From the NCBI RefSeq assembly GCF_009834535.1, contig NC_045696.1, positions 35,652,001-35,716,000 of the forward strand: DNA of 64,000 nucleotides, given 5' to 3'. The DNA comes from Camelus ferus. Lineage: Eukaryota. Made by a program: the position numbers and the translations under genes. The number at the start of each line of letters is the position of its first letter. Positions within the stretch are counted from its first letter, which is position 1. Below, piece after piece: positions 13,321-27,495 of the stretch. The notes under the pieces were generated by a model. The model ran no database searches, was not told where the DNA came from, and saw nothing but the letters and a program-made list of their open reading frames with translations.

Positions 13321-16300
13321 ATAAGCCAGATCCATTTTGCTTTAACTATTTTCCAATTTAATAAAATAATTTAAATAAATTCTCTAATTCCAACAGGCAC
13401 TCTTTACAAGGAGACAAATTATGTACTTGGTTTAATGATATAACTCAGACTAAACACCACGCAAATAGTGACTGGTCCTGTCTATAGTTTTGGTGAGCCC
13501 AGGAAGCTTAGTAAAAATCACTTCCTAAAGTTATTTCCAGTTGACTTGTGAATATTCCACATTTTCTAATACATGACAACACATTGCCTAAAACTTTTCC
13601 TGTGTGCCCTGAAGCCAATGACCAGCCCCAGACTACCTCAGCATGGGGAGGGATAGCAGCCATGATGTCCTAAGCCAGTCTTACTGCTTGATGCCTGGAA
13701 TAGCTAATAATTTGAATCATTCCTGTCCTATGACCCTTTTCAACCATAATTCTATATGTCATGGTTCAAGTCCACTCCCATGATTTTGTACCTTTTATTT
13801 TCTAGCCATTGCTCTGAAATTGTTCCAATATTTCAAGCAATTTTTGCTAAACATAGACATACAAGGGAACCATTGCCATGCTGTCTGGTCAGAATTGTCT
13901 CATCAAATATTTATGAGATTCTCAACCTACCATTTTGTGTTTCCTTATTTTTCAAATTATCATATTAATAAATCCAAGCTTACTCAATTTACATACTTGT
14001 TTTGGTTAATTACTAGGATGAATCTAATATTACTTCTATTTCATTATTTGTATTGTAAATATATAGTATTCTTGCTATGTTGAATAGGTCTCTCTGACTT
14101 GTTTACTTATCAATATTGCTTTTCTGGAAAATTGTGTTCAGAGTACTAAAAATTCAGACTTTGAGATGAATTTCTATAACCTTTTAAAAAATGAAATAGA
14201 GATTGAGTATATATAAAATACAGGTTTAAGATTTAAAGCCTCTTTGAACTTTGAAAGGAACTGCACCCACATTAGGATATATGTTTAGTGTTACCCCTAA
14301 ATTTTTGCATTGTTTTGGCTGAAGATAGACATTATACATCAGGTGACCTAATTTATATTGTGTTACATTAAGTCTGAAAGTAACAGAAGAGTTGTTTATT
14401 TGTAGTTCATTTCCTGGATAGCCATAAAGTACCTTAGAAGGCAAGGTGAAGATTTTCCTATATTTAAGAAACTTTTAAGCATCTCACATACTGTTGAAAA
14501 ATTTCAAAGGTCCAGATTAATGGCTCTTGCTACCTGAGAGATCATCTGTCTCTGGTCTTGTGTGTCAGTCAACATCTGCTGGCATAATTCTCTCGATGGC
14601 TTTTAGATTTGAACTACGGGGAGTCAGAACAGATGCTTCCCCCGGGAGTGCTCTTGGATTGCCCTTCACCTTGTCATCTGCTGTTGTCTACAGTGAATGA
14701 AGTTCAGTTCCTGACAATAGATAGATCCTAAATCCTTGAGTCAAATGATTTATCTCTGTAGTCCCACTTCCAACCTGAGAAGCCAATATTTGCCTCCAGG
14801 TTAAACACTCAATTACTCAGGGTTTACTAAGATAAACTCTCCAAAATCCTTTGTCGCTCTAAGTATGACCTGACAGAGCTCACAGGCAGGCAAATGGGAA
14901 CTAGGGATCAACAAAGCATTTCCTAAATCGGTAGGGAGAGATTTGTATATGTAATTAGAGAAAAATTGGGGCAGACATGAGATACTATGCCTCAATGTCC
15001 AGAGATTTCAGCAATTACACTCCTTTCCTTTAGGAATCAAGACTTGAAGCCCCCTAACCCATAGCGAATGAGCTGACTTCATTAAGCACCTGAAAAATTC
15101 AGGGCTTCTAGCCAGATGTCTCCTTTAAACTGTCGAAATTCATTAAGCTTAGAGAACTGAGTTGCAGGATCTTCCAAGAACAGGTTTACTGTGTGATTCC
15201 TACTCGAACTGCTGTTTCTGGACAAAGTGAACAGGTTTTGGACTACTTAAATCCTGGATTAGAGTTTAACAATTATGTAATGCCTCTGCCCTGAGGATCC
15301 CTAGTACCTTTATTTGTACCATTTTATTCACCTTTAACTTTTCTATAAGAATTCTTTGGAAGTAAATCCAGACATGACACCCAATAGACATGCAGTTTAG
15401 GCCAGAGTTAGGATCATCCTTGAGAGTCCAAAGTAATTAACATTAAAAATGTCGGCATCCTTGATGTTTATGTAGGTTCAAGATACTGGAAAGTTGAAAA
15501 CGCTAAGGTTTGTAAGTTAGCACAGCGGTTAGAGATAGATAAAACTTAACATAAAGTCAAGTTTTATGTTTCCCATGACCCTCAACTTATGAATGATAAG
15601 ATATCTGCACGGAGAGGCTAAGAAACTTGGCAAAAATTAAATAGTACCGTCAAAGCTAAGCCTAGGGACGACAACTCCTAATTCTCACTGAACTTAAGAA
15701 TCCAGTGGAACAAGAAGTGACCATAAATCCCCCTGCGCCCTCGGTCACTGAGCTGTGAATAGACAAGGAATCAGCAATGGGGGGATCTGGCTCTGGGTCT
15801 GGCATTGCGAATACGGGAAACAAGCATTAACTTCTGATTCTGTTAAGTTTGGACTGGAGGTACCACTGCAATTGAAGCTTTAGACACAGTCCATATACTG
15901 TGGATCTGGGCTCGCTCCAGGCAATTGGAGACTTTTCCCAAATACATAAATATCTGGGGAGCTTACATGTGGATATAGAGACCACCTTAAGTAAATGCTT
16001 CATTTTAAGACCTGTTAAAATATTGTAAAAAGCATATCTTCATAAATTATTTTTGTAGTAACTATTTGTGCTTTATTTTTCTGAATGCCTAGTAGCATTT
16101 TACCAATCAAAATTTAAATTGCCAACTGATTTCAAAGTTTTAGCTCACTAATAACAGCTGCCTTAGAATAGCTTTACTGTGGCAGGAGGGAAGTAAGCCA
16201 AATGATGACACCATTTTGTTCTGCCAAATTGAAATTTTTGGATAGTCCATAGAAGGGTAAGTTTGGCAGATATTTGAAAAGTATCTAAAATTTTTAAATG

Positions 16301-16989
16301 CCCCCCCCCACATTCATAAACTTAAAAAGCAATTTCTGAGTGTGAAAAAGAAGGAGAAGAGAATATAAGTCAATCAATATGGGCTTAAATTTGTTGGGGT
16401 GGGAGGCAGGGAAGAAAGAGGAATATTTGTGGTCCAATCGGAAGCAGAAGTATGAATAAATTCTGTAGTGCGTTACTTGTGGGAAATTTAATGAGTCAGA
16501 CTCTTGTATGCTCAGTTTATTTTATTTTGATAGTCTTAGATCTACAGATGCTCAGCTTGAAGGAGGAGAGCCTTGTTGTGAAGTGTGACTAAATTAAAAT
16601 TTATGGGCCCCAGCTTCTTCTTCCACCCTTATTTCAGAAGCAAATTGAGCCCTCAAGGACTCTTATCCAAAGTCTCACGATGCCAAGGAGATTTATGTTT
16701 TTGCAGCCATAGATGAATAAAACAAAGAAGTAGAGGGAAAAACCTCAAAGAGATGCTAGTGTATCTACCAAAATCCAGGTATCAGAAGATGAGCTCTGAT
16801 GAACTTTTCTAGACTAGAACAGAAATGAAAATATCCATGGGAAATGTGCTAATGGTTAAACAAACAAACAGATACAAAAAAGTACTAATTCCCCTTTGTC
16901 TACACAAAATCTAGATAATCCAGATAAAGCCTGGATCTCATTTGAATTATTTTCCCCTGCTGATCAAGATTTGTCACCAACCATTTAAA

Positions 16990-17190
16990 GCAATAGTTAC
17001 CCAGTAGGGGTGATTCTGCTCCCCGGTGGGTATTTGATATTGTCTTGAGACATTTTGGCCGTCACAATTGGAAAGGTGCTAATGAGTAGAGACCAGGGAT
17101 GCTATTAAATTTACTACAATACACAGGATAGCCTCTATGGCAAAGAATTAATCTGGTCTAAAATGCCTACTGTAGAGAGACCGTGTTCTA
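16990..17190. mobile_element. MER20 (hAT-Charlie) DNA transposon
   Basis: ggggtgattctgctcccc...gagacattttggccgtcacaa...gagtagagaccagggatgctattaaa...aaagaatta. Confidence 0.8.
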
Positions 17191-20100
17191 AAGTTACCCA
17201 ACGTGTATAAAAAATGAGAGTAGGGATCAGATCTCTCTCTCAGGTACTTTATAATTCTCCAGTCCACACTGGACTGCAAGTTGCATGGAATAATGTGGAA
17301 TATATTGCCATTTGTGGAAAATTATGCAACAGACTAGCCATCTGCCTTCAAATCTCCTAGAATGTTGAACTTTGGGGTATCAAACTTACCATAACAAATA
17401 CTATACCTTTTTATTCTTGTTAAATTTCATTCTCATTTGCTTTTGATCTAACACTTGAAATTTATAATTATTTTCTGCTCAAAGCTCTAAATTTTAAGCA
17501 TGCTTACTTTATTTTTGATGTTTTGATTTCATTTATTAAAATGTCATTGGTGTAAACTCATGAATAGATATATTCACCTAGCAGATAAATGTTACTTATT
17601 TTCAGCCAGCATTTGAGTCTTACTTATGCATAGATATTTTTTATGTTTTAAAATTTTACTTATCTTCATCTTACAAAGGAATGGAGTAACATTCATGTAT
17701 ATAGACTAAAAATATTTATTAAATTATTGCTGGCATTTTTAGATTGGTAAAATATCTACAACAGTCATATTGAGACAACTGATATGGAATGCATATTATT
17801 TATGGAGTCAGATGAAAATCTTTATAGCATTCTGCAAAATCTGAAATGCTTAATCCAACAATGATCCCATCCTATGAGATATTTTAATAATTTTATAGAT
17901 ACTATCAAAAATTGATAATCAGTGATTCTTATACTTACTATCATTATGAGACTAATAGAATTATTAAGTCATAGCATGAGGGGAAAGAAGAGTATATTAG
18001 AAAATTATATGATTTTTAAAAAACTATTATGCTAGATATTAGCTCATTCTTATTTGGTATTTACATATATTCTAAAAATTAGATTTAATGTATTATTTTC
18101 TAAAAATGAACTGTATGTTTTTTTAATTCTCAAAATTATCATAGATCTTCAGTAAAATCTACTACTCTAAGTTTATAAAATAATTAATCTTATTCTCTCT
18201 CAAGAAAAACTACACACTCCTCCAAGAAACAAGGTATTGTAAATAGGAGAGCTAAAAAGTCAGACTCCTGTTTTAAACTGTGGGGATGCAGAAAGGAAGG
18301 GGGAAAAGCAGTTACTTCTTTGGACATCCCAGACTAGTCAGGATAATTAAGCAGTTGAAGGATCACAGAAAATGGAGTGACCGAAGTGGCCTAGAAGAGC
18401 CTCACGTGTTCTACCAATGAGTTCACAATTGACCAGGATGTTCAACCAAGAAGTGTGCTAGTTACAAAAAGCAGGTAGGGAAAAAGCCTCCCACGAAAAA
18501 CGAATAGCATGTATTTAGGGAAAAGGGAATTCAGTGCAAGTCAATGAACATTCACTGAGTTCCTCCTCTGCACAGTTGCAATATAGTATCTAAACAACAC
18601 AGTTGCTCTCAGCAGTGAACACAGGCCCGTGTGGCTTCTTCTCATTATCTTCACCTTGTAATCTATTCAGCTTTTCATAGGCTTATGATTTCAAATTATA
18701 GTTTGGGCACACTAATTTTATTTATGGCAATGTATAGGACAAGAGCTATTGAATTTAAAGATTTTGTGATAACAGGTACCCTCACCCTTCCTCAGTCTCT
18801 ATAATAATATTATGAGCTCAGAAGGAATCTCTCCTGCAGTTTGATTTCAAATGAAGTATGTACTATGAATATTTTTTTCTCACTTAAAGCCAGAGTGACT
18901 CCTTGTTGTTTGCCAATCATGGAAAATGTTTTATATAATGCTTCTTACTCTGATACAATTTTAGCAATAATAGCAACAAATGCTATCCCTTACATCTTCA
19001 TTTAATAAATTCTTTATGCAAATAATACAAGTGCGCTAAAAAATATGCTCTCCATTTGAAGGGAATTGGAATGAAAGAAAGGGCAACACATTTATTAAGT
19101 ACTCTATCAAAGATTAGACACTTTATTAGTTGCCTTAAGTATATTATAAATCTATTGCCAATGACAAAAAAATTCCCTAAATAATAATGAATAATCCTCA
19201 ATCACCTTTATTCTCTTCCTTCTCCAGTGATGGATGGTGTCATTTATAAGATGGCAGGCTAAGGGCAGGATGAGAGTCTGGAATGTATGATTATCACTTC
19301 ATTCTCAGAGCAAAGCCAATCAGTCTAAAACACTACCTGGAAGCAGATAATGAAAGTCATCTGATGAGAAAGCTAAATGTTCCAGGGTTAAAATTCTAGG
19401 GTTAAAAGCTAATTATCTAGGGATTTGAACGAAATATCGAGCAAAAGCAAACAACACTTACTCATTGACACTTTCTTCTAAATAAAGAGTTCAAATTAGC
19501 CCCAGTTGTTCATTTAGAATGAGTTGCATGGATATCATATGGGAAAATATGAATTAAGAGTTTCCTATTTGTAATTAAAATAAATATATTTACTTTTGAG
19601 TATATGAACTTACTGAACAGTGACCTAGAACAGAGCCCAGCAACTAAGAAAATGACTAGTACACTAAAAAGTTGATCAGTGAAAAGTTCTAGGAAAGTTC
19701 ATGAAACATTTAATTTGCAAACTGATTTAATTGTTGAGCTGATTGAATACCACTTATTTACCTTTCATGTGTTCAGAATAACAAGTTTGGAATCAAATGG
19801 AAAATAATCAAAATTTCCCCTTTCCTTATGCTTTCCTATAAGCAAAGCAACAACTCAAGCTTTGATGCAGTTAGGAGCCAGAGCAAAGCTTAGAGTAAAA
19901 TCCTTGATGACAAACTAGTGAATAAGGCCATGACCTGCACTTCTCAAGCTAACAAATATTGTAATGAAAGCTCTCTGTCATTTCCCAGCTGACTACTGTG
20001 CCAAAGCCAGAATATTCTGTTAAGAATTAGTCCAAAGTTAAAGATAATGTAAGAATTATTAGATCAGCCAATGAGTTTCAAAATTGTTACACTGAAAACT

Positions 20101-22094
20101 TTGAAGCTGCTATTACAATTGTGTCTGTGTGTGTGTGTGGTGTGTGAGGCTGCAGCAGTTACAAAACGTATTAGCAAGGGAGGAGAATTCAATATGTATG
20201 TGTTTTGATTAAAATAATTTACCATACATTTTCCCAAACGTGTTTCTTCTTTTGTGTGTGGGTATTAAACAATGTTTCAACAAGATTTGCACAGTGAAAG
20301 CAAATAGACAGCGTTTGATTGGAAAATTGGTCTGGAAATAATTTGCTTGAATCTGTAACCATGTGCTGCGTTAGAAAACACACTGCACAAGTCTCAGTCA
20401 AGGACTGTAAGAGCGAAGAAGAGACGGGTGTGGCAGCAGTCCCTCCAGTGGCATTCATGTCTGTATCCAGAACCCCTGATGAAAAGACTCCCCTTCCAAG
20501 CTGAAACGTACGTGTGGCTGTGTCTTTCCTTAAAAAATTAAAGGAAAACAAAAAAAAAATTTATTAAAATAGTCTCAACAGGCTTTCCCCCCTTGAATCA
20601 GCCTGCCTCCCATTCTTGGAGATGTACTTTTCCTTTTTTAAATAAATCTTTAAAAATCTTTTTGCTGAAAAAAAAAAAAAAAAAAAGGCTCAATAGCCTC
20701 CTCTCTGGAAATCAGGGATGAAGCACTAAAGATGAAACAGCTTTGGCAGGTATCATTTTAATCCTGGTTGAAGTAAAATACAATAATTGGGCTTCTTGTT
20801 CGTGGTTGTCACCAATCTATTGGGTTTCTTTCTCCCTAATGCCTATATACTTACTTCAACTAGAGATCTTAATAAGGTGACATGCATCTGTGCCTTATAT
20901 TTCCTAAATATATACAAAGTTTTCAACATGGAAAGGACTTTTCTTCTTTCCTTCGGCTATTTTTATGCTTTTTGTAATTTGTTTCTGGGCAAAGTGTCTG
21001 TAGCAGAGAGAAGACATTCAGCTGAGATTTGAAAATGTTATCTTTTCTTTGCCCCATGAATACAATTTGTTTGACTGCTGTTAATTCTCAGAGTTCTCCA
21101 AAAAAAAAAAAGGAGAGAATATATGCCCAGTGATTCCATTTGGTATCTTGAGTAGATTTTGTTAAATGCCAAACGTATAATTCTATTTCTGTCAAAATTA
21201 AGGGATAATATTTGAAATCTTGACTCCTTAAAACCCAAACTTGGACTAGACAGGTACAAATAAATTAACTTGATTCTTTAAAAAAATGTTATTATTATTA
21301 TTTTTAAGATTGAATGTATTAGCAGAGAATGGGCAACATTAGGCTGGGGGAAAAAAGCCTCCAAATTTAAACATGAGAAAGGATCTTGTAAATTTTTGTT
21401 GAAAAAATGCAAACTATAAAGAAGAGTGAGTGTAAGTGAGAGAGAAAAGAAAGGGGCAACTTCTAAAACTATATGCCCTCTCATCTCTGTGACAGATAAG
21501 TATTTTCTGTCCTGTTTTTCTGGCTCTAGGCCATCTTTACTTGGGTGCACATTGAGCACTGTAGTGTTTCTCACTAACTCCCAAAGCTCTTTTAGTCTGG
21601 CTCCCATCCCCTCCGACTTGATTTCCCATCGCCAGTATAAATCGCAGTACCCTTAGGCTGGTGGCTTCTCAAGAAGGCTGTGCTTATTCCTCCTCTCTGA
21701 CTCACTTTTCTACAGTTTCATGCATTCTTCAAAACCCAGTGTAAGCCCGACCTCCTTCAGAGACCTTCTGACAGCACTCATTCTGGACAGCTCACTTGTA
21801 TGAAATCATTGAAGGGAAGTGTTGCATTTGCTGAGCTAGCTCCAATCCCATATGCCACTCTCCTCTTCAGGATAATACTTGCTCAGTATACTTATAATTA
21901 AATCCCAATTCGACCTTCCCCCCGCTTCTTATTATATGCCTCCGCATTCTCTGTAGTATTATCACACCTAGAAACCGTTCCTCCAAAACATACATTTCCC
22001 TCCTCTGTGCTTTGATTTATGCCATTTCCCTCAGAGTTTGGGAGTATCAAGCTAATGTTTCTTGAGACTTTCCTATATGACTGAAACTATGCTA

Positions 22095-22215
22095 GAGATT
22101 TTACTGAAATTTGTCATTTAGCCTCACAACCGTGCTATGCACCAGCACTATTACTTTCCCAAATAACAGATGAGGAAATTCAGGCTTAATGAGGTTTAAT
22201 AACTTACCTGCCAAA
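22095..22215 (-). mobile_element. MIR SINE
   Basis: cctcacaac...acagatgaggaaattcaggcttaatgaggtttaataacttacc core. Confidence 0.75.
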
Positions 22216-22459
22216 TTGCCAATCCATTTCTCTAAAGCAATATATTGACACCTTTCAGCATTATTTAAGAACCAGTGTAGTGCTGTGAGGTACCATGTCA
22301 ATGGAGTACGTTGGTGAATATGGCGTAAGATTGGGACATCCATCCCTTTTTTCTTATTGTATCAAAAATTGACACATCTTACAAGGCTCAATTCGGATGC
22401 GAGTGAGAATCTCAGCTCTGTGCTCTACATCAGAGTCTCCACTACTGCCTTCCCATTCA

Positions 22460-22615
22460 GCAGAAGGTCGGTAAACTGCATGATTAACATCACCTGAAGT
22501 TTTTCAGCAATGCAGACCCTGGCCACACTCTGGAGCTACTGAATCAGAATTTCCGTTTTCATGAGAGTGAACCCCAGGTGATTCGTATGCATTGTAAAGT
22601 TTGAGAACCAAAGCG
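22460..22615. mobile_element. MER5A-like DNA transposon
   Basis: atcacctg...ctactgaatcagaat...ccccaggtgattcgtatgca...aaagtttgagaacca. Confidence 0.75.
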
Positions 22616-23495
22616 CTAGATACTTATTTCTTTCTGCATTATTTTTCACAACAACTAATTAGCATTCCTGTTTGCCTGATATTTCCCAAACAGAAGGGCC
22701 AGTATGCTATTTATATTTGTCTCACCCAGAATGACTAGTGTAATACTTCCCATATGGTTGCTACTCAGCACATCTTTATTAAATGTATTTATTAAACTGA
22801 AGAGCAAATTCCATGGGAGTTATACCTTTATATCTGCCATAACTCATAGAAGCAATATTGTCCTTTAGACTAAGTTCTCAGAATGTAGTTATTGTATCTT
22901 CCTAGCTCAAATGGTGCCTACCTAGTACATGGAAGGTACTTCACTGGTTAATGATGGAGTGAGGCACTGAGTAAATTAATTAAGATGACTGATGAATGTA
23001 TTGAAGAGTTTTTTAAGAAGTATAATTTTATTTTGAATTTATTCAATTAATAAATACCTATAAGAACTTATGTATCAAGGAGTGGTGTAAATTCTTTACA
23101 AATATTACCTTGTTCACATTCTGCACTAAAGATTGTGCATAAATCTATTTTAAATCAGCAGACATTGATTTGAGATACCTCGTTCAATTCTAATGTATAA
23201 CACAGCATGTCTACTTCAGGTTGTTTTGTTGCAGATGACCAATAAATGTGCCGTAATTGGTATAAAATGTCAGCATTTAAGGAGTGTTCAATTTTTTTTC
23301 CTTTCGTCATTTCAAAATCTTCCCAAATTGATTGGAAGTAAGTATTGCAGTAAATAGTATACCACTCACTCCTGCTTGGTATTAAAATAGGAGAATATAA
23401 AGATATATCAGAAGAAACCCACATTCCATTTCAGAAGAGAAATACCTTGAAAAATTCAGTCTAATTTCAGATATAATGTATAGTATAGGTTTTAG

Positions 23496-23702
<207 letters not shown>

Positions 23703-24544
23703 TGAGTTATGGGTTCAGATTAGAGATCAAGCTGTGCAGGGAAGTGGAGCATAATGAAACCAGGTGGCTCCCAGTTTGTGACATTGAAACAGAATACTTA
23801 GAAGAAATGAAATTGTTTCCAAATCTTGCAAAGATATTAATTGAGTTGCTCTGAAGGCTTTACAGTTTTCCCTCAAGCAAGGATTTAGAAATGAGACAAA
23901 ATGAAGACATCTGTAATAAAATGTAATGAAATAAGTGCATAACAACATAATAATAGATACCAGGGAATGTTCAAAGTATTTCTGCTACAAAATTGTTTCA
24001 GTGTAACTTTAGTAAGTTACACGTGTCTGCCATCCTTTTAGAGTTAATTAATTCATCTCTGCCAACATTTTGTTTACTTAAATATAGTATTTCCCAAAGT
24101 CAGACAAAACAATCTCTAGCATGTTGTTTCTCATAATGTATTAAACTTGCACGTGAACTTAGTTATACAAATTGAAGTCTTTGGATGGAGAAAATAATCT
24201 TTAACTTTCTCTTTTAACTGTGATATGATTTTTCAAAAGGATCTTTGTTTTCATAAGTTGTGTTTAGCTAATGCTCAGTGAAAGGATGCTATTGGCATAG
24301 GGAATCAGCACTCAGAGATTTTTCTTTATGCTTAGCCAGAAACTATGAGCATGATCTCAAAGATACATACGAAGGAAAGCTGAGATGCTCTGAGTCATTT
24401 CCTACTCACCACATATAAAGTCGCTTTTAATGTATTTGGATATAAAACCCTTTTTGAACTTCTTCAAACAAGCCGTGTTTTATCATGGTACTGGGAAAAC
24501 CAGACTCACTTTCCACACCTCTATTTTCTAAACGCTTTCTGTAT

Positions 24545-24717
24545 CAGAGGATCTCAAAATGTGATCTCTAGACCAGCAGTTTTAGCATGGCCTGGGAATT
24601 TATAGGAATGCAAATTCTCAGGCCTTCCCCAGAGTTTTGGAATCAGAGGTTAGTCCTCTGTGTATTAGTAAGTACTCCAGATAATTCTGATACACAGTTA
24701 AGTTTGAAAATCATGGC
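24545..24717. mobile_element. MER5A DNA transposon
   Basis: tctcaaaatgtgatctctagaccagcag...atgcaaattctcaggcc...taagtttgaaaatca. Confidence 0.8.
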
Positions 24718-25201
24718 TTTACCTGATTTAAAAATGCTAATGAACTAATGGGGACTTAATTGAGCAGCACATGGGCTTTTCCCAAAGGAGCTTACTACAA
24801 TTTGGACGACACCATTTAAACTGTGATAGAACTAAAATCTATGTTGATTCTTCCTACATTCATTCACATATAGTTTCCATAGTATTCTGTATTACCAAAT
24901 AATAATTTTCTTTATAATTTACTGAATTTCCTGTATCATAGAACATTTCCTTTGATTTTAATCTGAGAAGTCTCTTTACAAACTTTTCTTTCCTAAATCC
25001 ACTTTCTCTGTCTCAGCATTCCTTTATATAACATTTTGGGGCATGGATAATATTTATTTAGTAAGTAGTTACCCTCTTAAGAAATTTAAAATGAAAACTT
25101 TTCCATTTAACTTTGAAATATTCGTATAAGTGTGCCCTGCCCATGAAGAAGTAAAAGAAATTCCACCTCTTCAGTCTCTGGAAACTTGGCTTTTCACACA
25201 G

Positions 25202-25395
25202 GTAATTAAAGCTGTGGATGAAGGCTATCGACTGCCGCCCCCCATGGACTGCCCAGCTGCGCTGTATCAGCTGATGCTGGACTGCTGGCAGAAAGACAGA
25301 AACAACAGACCCAAGTTTGAGCAGATTGTCAGCATTCTGGACAAGCTTATCCGGAACCCAGGCAGTCTGAAGATCATCACCAGTGCAGCAGCAAG
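25202..25395 (+). CDS. EPHA3: EPHA3 coding exon (exon 15 equivalent, 194 bp): end of kinase domain, [18 protein letters not shown]...[10 protein letters not shown](R)
   Basis: ttttcacacag acceptor and AG|gtgaca donor at 25396. Phase 2 matches the next exon; inside ORF 25130..25399. Confidence 0.97.
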
Positions 25396-27495
25396 GTGAC
25401 ACATTTGATTTTGTATCCTGCACTCACTCTGAAATGAATGTATTTTCTATCTCCAAAGTGTTAATTTTTTTCTGCCTCTCCCCCCACTGCATACGTGATA
25501 CTTTTATTGCTCAGGACTAGAGAGGCGTGTTTTCTTTTTCCTTTTGAATCTTTCAGGAGGAAATCTCATGCTATTTAGTGATAATGATAAAATTCTGAGT
25601 TTTTTTTTTTTAACTTCCATCTTGACCAGAAGTGTGTATACATTCAGACTTAAGTCTTTAGAAACTAGAAACCCTGGACACATAGCTTCTTTTCACTTTA
25701 TGCCATTTAAAAAAAAAAAAAAAAAAAAAAAAGGAAGTCTAGAGGTGGGGAATTCTAGCAAAGTCTTAATTTATTCCTCATTTACAATAAAGTTCCATAA
25801 ATCATAACAATGTCTCCAATTTCCCCTACTTGATTATACAGATATTTTCTTAACCCATAACATGTGCCAATTACTTTGTTAGATACTGTGGAGGATAAAA
25901 CAAAGGGTAAAATAATGTCAGTGTTTTTGGACAGCAACACAATGTCAAAACATCATAGCTATAATGCAACCCTGAATGTATGATGTCTGTTAGACTTTAT
26001 GCATAATCCTCCCACTTAAGAATCACTGAGTTGTCTTAGTCGCTTTGAGAAATGTCAATTATATTCTCATTGTACACATAAGAGAAAAGTGGTTCTTTTA
26101 CAGTTTGATGATGTGTGTTTTTAAAGGAAAATTACAAAGTTTTAGTAAAGGAACTACATCTAGTGTTTGCAAAAATTCACAGTATTAACTGACATGCATA
26201 CATACTATATGATGATGATTTACTATGACTCATGTGTGAGAGATATAATATCAAGCCCTATTGGAAAAAAAATTTATTTTCTTGTTTCTTTTATGCACAT
26301 CTGTTGTTTTTACTGACAGTTACCAAGATTTGTGACTTTCAAATTGATAGAGCATTTGCTAAGGCACTTTACGATAGAGTATTTAATTTTTTACTTTATT
26401 AGGAGCAATTATATTGAGCATACATGATCCAGTTTTAATATTATATTTGAATAAGAAGAATAAAGAAAATTTGAATCAATGTCTTAATATCAGTATATAA
26501 GAATCACAGGTTATTTGTTAGAGATGACGTTTAGGGAGGGTCACTAAAATTGAACTGAATATTCATTCAGTAGGTAAAACTACTGATACCATACCCTGTA
26601 AGGATGAATCTCTGTTCTAAGTTGCAGAGAGAGACTGTACAGACTCTTTTAGAAATCCACCTGACAGTTTAACAACTGACAGAATAACAAACCTGTCCTC
26701 CCCTGGGCCGTATGGTCCTCATTTTGCACCCTGAAGCCATTTCTTTTGATCTTTACTCAATAGCAATCAAAGCAAAAAAGAACATCTTTTCAATTCTTTC
26801 CATATCATAAAAAAGCATTCAAACCATTTCCATTGGATGTTATTATCAATATAAAGACTAACTCATGTAATATAATCAAGAGATGTTTAAATCCAATTTT
26901 ATGTGGGTAAACAGTCTTAGTATCAGGTCATAGTTTGTGAGGACATATCCTCATATCCAAGTTTTCTTTAATTCACCATTCCATTCTTATTGAAGTGCAT
27001 TGAATATTTTTTCTCCAAATATATATTATTTAATACTCTAATAGATTCCATGTATTTTGTCACAAAACATGTAATTTTAAGGAAGTATTTTTCTAAGACT
27101 TGCCATCCACCTTAATTCACTAAATGTAAAAGTTTTAGAAATTGTGTTTATATGTTTACTTATTGCCATTAAAGTATAAAACTGGGAAGATTTTGCCATT
27201 ATAAATTTATTAACAACAATCTCAAGTTGCCATGCAACAATGTCAAGAGATCTTACTTTCCTTTCAAAAAATTTTTTCCCATTTTTGCCAATGATTGTTT
27301 TATTCTTTTTCATAGGTGATTAAACTCATTCCCTTTCCCCTTTAATTTTCCAGTGATGCCCTTGCCACACGTTTTATTGAGACAATACAAGTTATCAGAT
27401 GGGAAATTCCAGCAGGAAAACAAAAACATACTGGTGCCTGCACCCACCCGCCTTTTTGTTCTTTCCTCTAATTACAAGTGTGGAAAGTCCTTCTT

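Noticed and set aside
25199..25207. Exons 12 and 15 start with GT (TAG|GTAAAC, CAG|GTAATT), resembling recursive splice sites
   Set aside because: The codons (Ser/Lys, Val/Ile) explain it, and the reconstituted donors are weak.
25058..25423. 121-aa minus-strand ORF
   Set aside because: It is antisense to exon 15; open antisense frames are a common by-product of coding sequence.
25709..25732. A24 run (also an A-run at ~20668-20686) as a retrocopy tail
   Set aside because: No upstream element body or flanking TSD was identified; treated as a mononucleotide microsatellite.
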